Source of the DNA: the human T2T-CHM13v2.0 reference genome, Homo sapiens
Strand: one strand, 5' to 3'
Assembly (NCBI RefSeq): GCF_009914755.1
Contig: NC_060947.1
Length of the DNA stretch: 64,000 bases
Shown here: one piece after another, positions 28,501-39,152 of the stretch
Layout of the letters: each line of letters begins with the position of its first letter
Position numbering within the stretch: position 1 is the first letter of the stretch
Notes under the pieces: generated by a model
Told to the model about the DNA's origin: nothing
The model's input: only the letters and a program-made list of their open reading frames with translations
Database searches by the model: none
Position numbers and translations under genes: made by a program

Positions 28501-29320
28501 TATGCCATTTTAATCTGGTCATCATGGAATGACCCTTTTACTCCCCTATTGTAAATGGGGGAACAACCTGGTAAGTGAGAGTTCACATATTATATGCCTT
28601 CCACCAGAATGACTGTAAGCACCCCTGAGAGGACTTACACATGCCCAGTGATTGAGAAGACTGCAAATCCCAAAGTTTCCAAAAGGAAAACAACAACAAA
28701 AAGGCACCCCAAGTGGCACCAGTAAAAAGACAGGCAATGCGGACCAACCCAAGAAGTCACCAACCAACTTTCGAAACAGAGTGAGATTCTCCCAGGCTTA
28801 CCATTCTGTAATGTACTGGATAGCCCTCCAAAAGCAAATGTGCATTGAAGAGAAGCCACCGGTGGTACCAAATCTGGACAATAATTGTCACAAGTGCCCT
28901 GGAGTGCAGCACTCCTAAGGAACTGAAGGCTGAGTGAACGGGGAGTGAGTTTCTAAGGCCAGGCACAGAGCAACCTTTCAGTGCCCATTTTGAAACCCTG
29001 CGAGGGATGAGGGTCTTGCCTCCCATGAGGAACAGTCTGCACTTACACAGCACTCCCGAGAGGAAGCTCTGTATCTGCATGAAATCCCTGCACAGCACAT
29101 TCACTGAAATCGAAAGAAGCATCATACAAGAGGGCAACCCAGAGGAGTTTTTAAAGCATTCTTATACCAGGATAATCAGCCCTGAGATTGCTGTATCCAT
29201 TCACCACAACTTGCTGGAACAGCAATCCCATGGTTTTCTGAAGAGGCATTCCGGGTGACTGTCCAGGACCACTGGCAGGCAATGTGGGCAGACTGGAAAG
29301 GTTACCAACCTCGTTTACAC
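25590..29320 (+). repeat. Higher-order repeat: ~470-690 bp monomers with a ~2.3 kb duplication period
   Basis: Monomer starts at 26116, 26802, 27344, 27812, 28413, 29100; 26116->28413 = 2297 and 26802->29100 = 2298; near-identical ORFs 26718-26960 and 29007-29258. Confidence 0.92.
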
Positions 29321-30150
29321 TGAATTATAGAGAAGTTGGTTTTGCTCACCCTAAGGTTTTTTTCAAGAAATGTGTCTGCCGTGACAGACCCATCAGTAAT
29401 TGCACGTGTGCTGTGATTTAGTATTTGGCCCTAACTTTTTACTTCTCTCATTCATGCCTTGGTTACATTCTTGAGACATTATCAGGACCAAATGAAACAA
29501 TCATTTTGAGGTTATTTTAGAAATGATCAAGCAGATTCCTGAACCTCTTCAGTGCCATAAATTTACCAAAAGCAGCACTACTGTGAAATGCCAGATCGGC
29601 CATTCTTCATAGGTCTGGTGAAGTACATGACTCCATGGTGAGTTGTTCCTATTGTCAAACTGGCATTGAAATCTTTCAATACAGAGTGAGTGAATCTGGG
29701 AAAGAACAATGCAATGTAGTTTACTCCTGGCACCATCATTACCATCAAGCTGGGAGGTCTGAAGCAGGCATTAGCAATGAGGTCGCCAAAAAGTGCAGAA
29801 TCTGAATCCTTTCTGCACTTTCGCTCCCTGTTCACTCAACCTTCAGTTCCTCAGGAGTGCTGCACTTTTGGTGCAGAAAGGATTCAGATTCTTGCCCATG
29901 TTGTTCCTTCTGACCTGTGAGGAAAATATGAATCCTCTTTACACTGACCTTATAGACTGCTCTTTCTTCTCAGTGCTGGTAAGTACATGAATGTAGACCA
30001 GTTTTGGCCATTGACCAGCAGGTGGTGAAGGTGGTGAAAACAAAGGGTTGCAAAGAGTACCGTTATGGGTTGAATTTTCCTTTGTGTTCATCGCCACCAA
30101 TAAAAGAAACGGTAAAATGTTTAAGTAAATAACTAAATAATAATTATATT

Positions 30151-30575
30151 TGTCTAGCGTGTCCATGTGAAGAGACCACCAAGAGGCTTTGTGTGAGCAA
30201 CAAGGCTGTTTATTCACCTGGGTGCAAATGGGCTGAGTCAGAGAAAGGAGTCAGCAAAGGGAGTTAGGGATGGGGCAGTTTTATAGGACTGGGGTAAGCA
30301 GTGGAAAGTTACAGTTAAAGTGGGTTTTTCTATTGCAGGCAGGGGTGGGGGTCACAAGGTGGATGGTGGGGAGATCAGAAGACTCATTGTCCAGAAGAAG
30401 AATGTCACGAGGTCAATTGATCAATTGGGACAGGGCAGGAACAAGTCATAATGGAATGTTGTAAGGTTGGTCAATCAGTTAAGACAGGAGCTGGCTGTTT
30501 CCCTTCTTTTGTACTTTTTGGTTGCCTCAGGCCATCTAGACGTATACGTGCAGGCTTGGGCTCAGAGGCCTGACA
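30151..30575 (-). mobile_element. HERV-H 3' LTR (LTR7 family, LTR7C-like)
   Basis: tgtcaggcctctgagcccaagcc start on the minus strand; about 91% identical to the 5' LTR by manual count. Confidence 0.93.
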
Positions 30576-30813
30576 TTTCTGTCTTCTTATATTAATAAAT
30601 AAAATACAACAAAATAGTGGTGAAGTGTTGGGGCGGCAATTTTTTTTTTGGGGGCGGTGGTATGGAAGGACAATGGGCGATGTTTCTCAGGGCTGCATCA
30701 AGCAGGATTAGGGGCTGCATGGACACGTTAAAGAAAATTTTATAATGAGTTACATGGAATAGGAGTTTAGGCTGTAGGGAGATCTTGGGGCAGAGAATGG
30801 TACCGTGGGGTTA

Positions 30814-32515
30814 TTAAAAGTAGCATTTGTCATATAGAATGATTGGCGATGGTCTGAATGCAGTTTTGTATGAATTGAGAAACCAAATGGAAGACACAAG
30901 GCCCAAATAAGAGAAGAAGAAAAACAGGTACCAGGAGACTAAGAATTGGGAGGACCCAGGACGTCCAATGAGAGAGTGCCCAAGGGGGTTCAGCATAATT
31001 ACTTGCTTGGTTGGCGAGTTTTTGGGCTCTATCCTTGAGTTTTTTTATGTTGTCATACACCAGGCCAGATTGATTTAGGTAAAAGCAACACCCTTCATTT
31101 AAAAATGTACAAAGTTCTCCTTTTTCAGCAGTGAGTAAGTCAAGGCCTCGCGGTTTTGGAGGAAAACTGCAGTTAAAGAGTTAACCTGGGCCTGAAGGAC
31201 TGATAGAGTTTGTGATATGTCTGCTATGCTAGCAGAGAAGGCATTAGAGAAGCTACGGAAGGTCGTGACAGAGGTTGAAATGCCTGCTATTCCAGTTCCA
31301 AGAGCAATAGTGGAGGCAGAAAGTCCTAAACCGACAAGCAGGGGAATTAGTGGAATAACCTTTTTTCGTGTTGGTGTCATGAGGAGAACAGGAAGCTCTT
31401 CGGTCCCATTTGCAAATTGAATTTTGGGAGTAATGTAAACTAGTGTGTATGTGCCTGTCTAATTAGCAGGTAGACACATGTAGGTAGAGGATCCACAGTG
31501 GAAGAAGAGACCTTGTTCAAGGCAAAACTGGAAATACATAGTAAAAAGATGAGAAGAAGTACTAAAAGAGGTGTCTTGTACCCAGACTCCTAGGGATCCA
31601 GGTAGGGCGGCAGCCATCAGAGGTTGTAATGGGGACTGATGGGATAACTGCGTAGAGGGGGAGGTTCAATTTTCATAATGTATGAGAAAATGTCGAGTGT
31701 CTACGGCAACCTTTCACTATTATTTACGGGGCTGGGTATAAGCAAACAAGAAGAGGCCTGGGAGGAGAGTCTGATGAGCAAGGGGAAGGTAGCCAAGGAT
31801 GGAGTGAAATACAGGGTAAGTATCTTCCTAAGCAATAATAACTGCTGATGTTTTTAGGTTTGCCAGTATTGATAGAGGGCTTATCTGTAATACGGAGCTG
31901 GAAGGCCCCAATTGTTTCAGTGATGTGTGTAGTTGGGCTTTGGAGATGAAGAGTGAAGGAACATTGAGAAGGTGAAAGGTTACCCAGCGGAATTCCAGTG
32001 GGTCTTTGTCGAGAGATACATAAAGGAGCGGCCACAGGAATAGTAGTATTTTGTGTTGTGAGGGGTCCAAATATGGGGGGAGCAGAGTTGATGTAAGGAG
32101 AAAGGTTTTCTAAGTAAGTGTGGAGAAGGGCGGCAGCTTGCTTATGTGAAATGTCTGGGGAGGTCTTGCTGGACCTGTCCAGAAAGTAAAGAAGTTCTTC
32201 AGGAGGGTAAAGGTGAGGGCTGTTAAAGGAAGTTCGGAGGTGTAGGGAGGCAGATGTTGCCCAGTCTGTATGTAAGGTGGGGACAGCTGTGTAGGTGCAG
32301 GAAGAAAGGGAAATGCAAAGCCAGCAATTGTTTGCTAAGGAGGGATTAGAAACGGCTAGGAGAGAGTGAGTGAGATTGATAGTGTGGTGGACATAGCTGG
32401 GGAGAGGTAGAGGGTGGCATAAGAATGGGAATGAGAATAAGAGTGAGTATAAAAGTAAACAATAGAACTTCATCAGAGTGAAAGTACTGGAGGGTGCCCT
32501 GCCAGCAAAGATCAT
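30814..32515 (-). pseudogene. env: HERV-H env (frameshifted)
   Basis: MIFAGRAPSSTFTLMKFY signal region, CWLC motif, fusion peptide VIPLIPLLVGLG, LQNR start of the immunosuppressive domain; split across ORFs 31724-32515, 31099-31380, 30814-31060. Confidence 0.9.
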
Positions 32516-32849
32516 CTATCCACTCCAAGAGGGAGTCAAGAGTGGCGGTTTGGGGATAGCACCAGGAGATATCAGCTGTGATGGCTTGGAGAGGAAGTGT
32601 AAACTGGCAGTGTAAACAAGAGTAGAGCATCTATGAGTAGTTGAGAATGGTGAATCAGAGTATGACTAGACAGAAGATAGTAGGGATGACAAGTTTTGGG
32701 GGCACAGTCAAAGTAGTGGGGGTGACTGCGTAGAGCCCTGCTGTAAAAAGTAGTAGGGTAAGGATGAATAGACCTAATAGAATAAAGGAATGTATTAGGC
32801 TCATAAGGGTTATTACTATTCTTCAGAAATGTGAGTGAATTTAAGGGAA

Positions 32850-35800
32850 GTAGGGGAGAGTACTTGTGACTTCCAGGAGGAAGAGGAGAGATCAGGTTGG
32901 CTGTCCAACGGACACAGCTTTATTCCGGAACAGTGAACCCAATGGGGAGGGTCCTGCAGGCAGACGACAGTTGGGGTACTACAGATGACCAAGTAGGATC
33001 CAGTCCATCGAGGCTATAGAGTTTGAGGGGTCAGATTCTTAATAAGAACTGATTGTCCAGCTAGGGTGTCTTCATATTGCTGGGAATCTGGAGTAGGCAA
33101 GAGAAGATTAGCAGCCTGGCGAATTTCCTGTCTAGCCTGCTGGAAGACTGGAAGATAGTCGCCTAGAGGGTTGGTGTCTGGGACGAGGTTGGGGCCGACC
33201 AAGAAAGTGCATCCATATAAAAGTTCAAATGGACTGTACTCTGTAGCATCTCGAGGACAGGCTTTAATTCTGAGAAGGGCAAGAGGTAAAAGTACTGTCC
33301 AGTCCTTTTTAAGTTGGAGGCTGAGCTTGGCGAGGTGTGTCTTTAAAAGATCATTAGTCCGTTCTACCTTTCCTGAAGATTGAGGACGGTAAGGGGTATG
33401 AAGGTCCCACTGAATATCAAGAGCCTGAGAAACTGCTTGGGTGATTTGACTAATAAAGGCCGGTCCGTTATCAGACTGTATAGAGGTGGGAAGGCCAAAC
33501 CAAGGAATTATGTCTGACAGAAGGGAAGAAATGACCGCGGTGGCCTTCTCAGACCCTGTGAGAAAGGCCTCTACCCATCCAGTTAAAGTGTCTACCCAGA
33601 CCATGAGGTATTTTAGTTTCCTGTCTCAGGGTATGTGACTAAGTCAATTTGCCAGTCCTGGGCAGGGGCAAATCCCCAAGCTTGCTGTGTAGGGAAGGGA
33701 GGGGGCCTGAACAATCCCTGAGGAGTAGTAGAATAGCAGATGGAACACTGAGAAGTGATTTCCTTGAGGATAGATTTCCATGATGGAAAGGAAATGTGAG
33801 GTTCTAAGAGGTGGGCTAGCAGCTTGTAATCTGCATGGAAGAGGTTATGAAATGATGACAGAATAGAATGGGCCTGTGAGGTTGGAAGGAGATATTTTCC
33901 TTGGTCCAAGAACTACTTGCCTTGTGTGGGAAGAGATTGATAGGTTCAAGTTTCAGTGGGAGAACAGGTGGGAGTGACCAATGAGGAGAAAAACTGGCCA
34001 TGGGGGACAGAAGTTAGAAAGCTAACTGCTTGTTTAGCTGTCTTATCAGCATAATTGTTGCCTTGAGCAATGGGATCTGATGCCTTTTGATGGCCCTTGC
34101 AGTGAATGACTCCAGCTTCATTTGGAAGTAAAGCGGCCTTGATAAGAGTTTTTATTAAAGAGGCATTGATGATGGAGGACCCTTGCATAGTGAAAAAACC
34201 TCTTTCAGCCCATATAACAGCATGGCAGTGCAGGATATGGAAGACATATTTAGAGTCAGTATAAATAGTGACATGTAGTCCTTTTGCAAGAAAGTGACGG
34301 CCTGAGTTAAGGCAATGAGTTTGGCTTGCTGAGAGGTAGTGGAGGGGGGCAGAGTGGTAGCCTCAATGATAGATGTGGAAGATACTATAGCATGGCCTGC
34401 CTTTGCTGGTGAATGGCGATTAGGCCTGGAGGAACTTCCATCAATAAACCAAGTGTGATCAGGGTGAGGAACAGGAAAGAAGGAAATATGGGGAAATCGA
34501 GTGAATGTCAGGTGGATCAGAGGGATACAGTCATGGGGTAAGCTGTGGTATCTGGAATACTGTGGGAGGCCGGATTGAAGTCTGGGCCAGGAACAATGGT
34601 AATTGTGGAGACTCAACAAAGAGTGAGTATAGCTGAAGGAGCCAGGGAACAGAAAGTATATGCGTCAGGTGTGAGAAAGAAAACAGATTTTGGAAGTTAT
34701 GAGAACTGGAGAGTGAGTTGAGCATAGTTTGTGATTTTAGGGGCCTCTAAAAGTATTAAAGCAGCGGCAGCCACCGCACATAGACATAATGGCCAACCTA
34801 AAACAGTAAGGTCAAGTTGTTTGGACAAAAAGACTACAGGGCGCAGTCCCAGTCCTTGTGTAAGAATTCCGACTGCACAGCCCTGCACTTCGGCTGTGTG
34901 TAATGAAAAGGGTTGGGATGAGTCAGGGAGAGCTAGTGTGGGAGCAGTCTCTAAAGCTGTCTTCGAGGAATGGCAAGAGGAGTGGGGAAAGGATTTAGGA
35001 TCTATGGGGTCAGCTAGGTTTCCCTTTGTGAGTTTATATAATGGTTTTGTTAGGATGGCAAAACCAGGTATCCAAAGGTGAAAGTATCCAACCATGCCCA
35101 GGAAAGAAAGGAGTTGTTGTTTTGTAGAAGGGGTTGGGGTTTGAGAGATCAGCTGGACACGATCGGCAGGGAGAGCCAGCATGTTTTCATGAAGAATTAT
35201 GCCAAGGTAGGTAAGGAATGGGGAAGAAATTTGAGCTTTGGAGGGGGATACCCAATATCCTTTGGAGAATAAATGTTGAAGGAGCAGGAGGGTATCTTAT
35301 TGAGAAGACTCAAAGGAAAGACTACAAAATAAAAGGTCATCAATGTATTGAATAAGGTGGGAAGCAGAGGGGTGGAAAGAGAGTAAATCATGAGAAAGGG
35401 CTTGGCTGAAGTAATGAGGGCTGTCCTGGAAGCCTTGGGTGAGTACAGCCCAGGTAAGTTGCTGGGACTGATGGGTGTCAGGGTCAGTCCAGGTAAAAGC
35501 AAAGAGGGGCTGGGATGAGGGATGCAGGGGAATAGTGAAAAAAGCGTCTTTAAGATCAAGAATGGAATACTGAGTTGTGGAGGGAGCTATTGAGAACAAA
35601 AGAGTGTATGGGTTGGGCACCATAGGGTGTGGATAGGCAAAACAATTTGGTTGATAAGATGCAGATCCTGAACCAGCCTGTAAGACTTGTCCAGTTTTTG
35701 GACAGGTAAGATGGGGGAATTGTAAGGAGAGTTTGTAGGCTTTAGAAGCCCATGCTGTAGCAGGCAAGTGATAACAGGCTTTAATCCCCTTAAAGCCTGT

Positions 35801-36090
35801 TGCGGGATGTGATACTGGCATTGAGCCAGGTAACGGTGATTAGGTTTTAATGGGATAGTAATGGGCATGTGATTGGTTGCCAGGGAGGGAGTAGAGGTGT
35901 CCGATACCTGTGGGTTAAGGTCGGGGGATACAAGAGGAAGACACAAAGGAGGCTTTGGGATGGGAAGAAGGGTGGCAATGAGATGTGGCTGTAGTCCAAG
36001 AATAGTCAGGGAAGCAGATAATTTGGTTAAAATGTCTTGATCTAATAAGGGAACTGGGCAGATGGGGATAACTAAGAAAGAGTCCATAAA
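32850..36090 (-). pseudogene. pol: HERV-H pol (RT-RNaseH-IN), frameshifted
   Basis: LDLKDAFF, QGFQDSP, QYIDDLL, WFIDGSS, HCKGHQ, IQSDNGPAF, PQSSGKVER. Confidence 0.93.
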
Positions 36091-36311
36091 AGAATGTTGT
36101 CCAAGTTGGCACCAAAGGGGGCGGCATTAAGGGGTTTTGAAGTTCGGCCGTCAAAACCCACAACAGTTATGGGGGCAAGGGAAACAGGCCCTCGAAAAGA
36201 AGGTAATGTAGACTGCGTAGCCCCCGCATTGATTAAACAGGGGATGGACTTACCCTCCACCATGAGAGTTACCCAAAGCTCGGCATCTGTGATGGTCCAG
36301 GGGGCTTCCAA
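36072..36311 (-). pseudogene. pro: HERV-H protease remnant
   Basis: CLINAGATQSTL: the catalytic DTG motif has decayed to NAG. Confidence 0.75.
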
Positions 36312-36399
36312 GGCGATCGGGCAGCATCAGTCTTCAGCTGTTAAGCTGAAAAGATCTGGGAAGGAGTCAGTCAGAGAGCCTCGGGCCGGAGCTTTAGGG

Positions 36400-37936
36400 G
36401 CTCTAGCAGTGGCTTCTGGGCTAGCTGGGCAGTCTGATTTCCAGTGGGTCCCTGCACAGATGGGACACAGCTTGGGAGAAATAATGGGCTGCAGGCATTC
36501 CTTGGCCCAGTGGCCAGATTTCTGGCACTAGAAGCAAGATCCTGAGGGAGGAGGTCCTGTAGGAATGCCTGACCACTGTGGCTTAGGCATTTTGAAGTTC
36601 TTGTGTGCTGGAGGTGCAGCTGGGTTTTGTCTCACAGCAGAGGCAAGTAATTGTAACTCAGAAATGCGTTCCGTCTGGCTGCCTCCTCTCTATTATTGCA
36701 TACCTTGAAGGCGAGGTTGAATAATTCCTGTTGTGGGGTTTGAGGGCGGGATTCCAATTTTTGAAGCTTTTTTCTAATGTCAGGAGCTGACTGAGTGATA
36801 AAATGCACACTGAGAATGAGACAGCCTTCTGACCCTTCAGGGTCTAGGTCTCTAAAGCGTCTCAGGGTTGCTGCCAAATGAGCCAAGAACTGGGCCGGGT
36901 TTTTGTCTTTACCTTGGGTAGTTTAAGTTTGTCATAATTAACAGCTTTGTAAGCTGCCATTTTAAGCCCTTCAACTAGGTAGAAAACCATGTAATCTTGC
37001 CTAGCTATACCTGGGGAATCTGCCTGTTAGTTCCATTGGGGATCCTTTCGGGGAACTGCTCTAATGACTTCCTGGAGTCTTCCAGCTTCCAGGAAGCTGG
37101 TGGTTGTCAGCGTGAGATTGGGCTACAGAAAAAACTCTTTCCCGTTCATCTGGGGAGAGGGTAGAAGTTAGGATGACATTTAAGTCACTACAGGTTAAAT
37201 TGTAGGACAGAGTTAGATATCAGAATTCCTGTATATATTTAGTGGGGTCTGATGAGAAAGAGCCTAAACGCTGGCTGATTTGGGAAAGGTCTGATAGAGA
37301 AAAAGGCACATGTACCCTGACTATGCCTTCAGCTCCAGCCACTTCTCTAAGAGGAAATAGTTGGGCAGGTAGGGGAGAGCTAGTCACGGAATGAAACTGT
37401 AAGCCAGACTGCGTGTGAGGAGGGGAGGTGATAGAAGGATTATAGGGTGGAGGAGCGGAGGCTGAGGAAGAATTGAAGCCTGATTCAGTCTGGCAGGGAG
37501 CGACTTGAGAAGTCTGGGGAGGAGGAGAGAGGTCAGATGGGTCGGTAGAAAAGAAAGATTGAAAAGACTCAGCAACACTTGGGGTTGGGACTGAGGGGAC
37601 AGACGGCAGGGAAAGAAGGAGGATTTGGGACCAGTCGCATTGGGAACAGAGACTAGGGAGGGAACAAAGTGTGAAAAATGCCTGGACATAAGGCACCTCA
37701 GACCATTTGCCCATTTTTTGACAAAAATTATCTAGGTATTGTAGGATGGAGAAATCGAAAGTGCCGTTTTTTGGCCATTTAGAGCCATTATCAAGTTTGT
37801 ATTGGGGCCAAGCGGTGTTGCAGAAGAAAATAAGATGCTTAGGTTTTAGGTCAGGCGAGAGTTGAAGAGGTTTTAAGTTCTTGAGAACACAGGCCAAGGG
37901 AGAAGAAGGAGGAATGGAGGGTGGAAGGCTGCCCAT
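36400..37936 (-). pseudogene. gag: HERV-H gag, disrupted
   Basis: MGSLPPSIPPSSPL...FFCNTAWPQY; FITQSAPDIRKKLQK. Confidence 0.88.
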
Positions 37937-38456
37937 AGTGAAGGAGGCAAGCCCAGATAAAAGAGAGGGTAGAAACATGGATGCGGGGAGTGGTACTTGC
38001 CACCCAGAGGAGGTGGTGCTTGCCACCAAGGTGAAGGATCAAGGCAGGCATTCCTGCGGTGATTAGACACCTCTGAAATGTGGGTGAATAATCAGGCAGG
38101 TGTCCCTGTAGTGATTATACAGCAAGGGCAGACTGTCTTTCTGAGTCCATGACCAGTGCTGGAATTTTGGATTCACAGATAAAACGTGTCTCCTCTGTCT
38201 CTACCAGAAAAGGAAAGGAACTGAAATTAAGGGAAGGGAGAGGTTGAAGGCTGGCACAGAAATTGAAAGGAGAAAGAGGTTGAGGGATAGTGAGAGAGGT
38301 TGGAGAAGAGAGTAAAAAGAGGCCGCTCACCCGATTTAAAATTGGTGAGATGTTCCTTGGGCTGGTTGGTCTGAGGACCCGAGGTCATAGGTGGATCCAT
38401 CTCATGGAGCAAAGAGCAGGAGGACAGGGGATTGATCTCCCAAGGGAGGCCCCCTG

Positions 38457-38474
38457 ATCTGAGTCATGGCACCA
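38457..38474 (-). promoter_or_regulatory. tRNA-His primer binding site
   Basis: TGGTGCCATGACTCAGAT just inside the 5' LTR (His PBS consensus TGGTGCCGTGACTCGGAT). Confidence 0.9.
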
Positions 38475-38477
38475 AAA

Positions 38478-38906
38478 TGTCATGAGCGTCTGTGTGAAGA
38501 GACCACCAACAGGCTTTGGGTGAGCAACAAGGCTGTTTATTCACCTGGGTGCAAGTGGGCTGAGTCCAAGAAAGCAGTCAGCGAAGGGAGTTAGGGATGG
38601 GGCAGTTTTATAGGACTGGGATAAGCAGTGGAAAGTTATAGTTAAAGTGGGTTTTTCTCTTGTGGGCAGGGGCGGGGGTCACAAGGTACATGGTGGGGAG
38701 ATCATAAGTCTCATTGTCCAGAAGAAGAATGTCACAAGCTCGATCGATCGATCAGCTGGGACACAGCAGGAACAAATCATAATGGAAAGTTGTAAGGTTG
38801 GTCAATCAGTTAAGACAGGAGCTAGCTGTTTCCCTTCTTTTGTACTTTTCGGTTGCCTCAGGCCATCTGGATGTATACATGCAGGCTTGGGCTCAGAGGC
38901 CTGACA
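38478..38906 (-). mobile_element. HERV-H 5' LTR (LTR7C-like), promoter facing leftward
   Basis: TG...CA ends, TATA (cctataaaa) and AATAAA on the minus strand. Confidence 0.93.
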
Positions 38907-38984
38907 ATAATATGGTAAATGCGACAATTGAAGATATATGAAAGTTGCTGTAAAAGCACAGAGAAGGAGAAAAATATTGTATAT

Positions 38985-39152
38985 TGATGTTTCTCAAACT
39001 TAATCCACATCAGAATTTCCTCAGGATCTTGTTAAAACACAAACCTCCAGCATTTCTGATACATTAATTTTATTGTGTGGCTTGAGATTTTGCATTTCTA
39101 TCATTTTTGCATGTGCTCATGCTACTTGTCTGTGGATCACAGTGTGAGAATC
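38985..39152. mobile_element. MER5A-like hAT DNA transposon
   Basis: gtttctcaaact...catcagaat...cttgttaaaacaca...ttttgcatttcta...tgagaa. Confidence 0.7.

Larger units (their letters stand above)
19690..30105 (+). pseudogene. NME2: Tandem array of truncated, intronless NME2-derived (NDP kinase B) pseudogenic units
   Basis: Plus-strand translations match NME2: 29570-29629 KQHYCEMPDRPFFIGLVKYM (15/20 identical to NME2 [20 protein letters not shown], recalled); from 21114 FIAIKLCYVLQGIMGELTKHFEQKGY*FMSMTLLQNCDEHLKQ; about 19716 HYMNSGPV...NDPMDSKP. FIAIK-like starts at 19830, 20130, 20422, 20699, 21114, 23635, 23916, 24203, 24904, 25545, 29735, 30087. The symbol names the parent gene, not this locus. 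Confidence 0.9.
30151..38906 (-). mobile_element. HERV-H provirus, near full length, env-containing, defective
   Basis: Paired LTRs, His PBS, gag-pro-pol-env remnants, TSD atatt/ataat (4/5 match). Confidence 0.97.

Noticed and set aside
25593-29137. Cys/His-rich minus-strand ORFs (150, 126, 115, 167 aa) as a repeat protein or transposase domain
   Set aside because: Frames are not kept between monomers; the plus strand carries the NME-like motifs, so these are probably antisense shadows
19690-29320. CRISPR-like or prokaryotic repeat system
   Set aside because: Primate genomic context; units are long and degenerate, with no identical short repeats separated by unique spacers
29790-29895. Hairpin as a known microRNA gene
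   Set aside because: Loop of about 52 nt, no recognised mature sequence, and fully explained by templated insertion
31724-32515. 263-aa env ORF as a domesticated (syncytin-like) envelope
   Set aside because: Frameshifted before the end of SU; the TM and immunosuppressive domain are also frameshifted, and the furin site is degenerate
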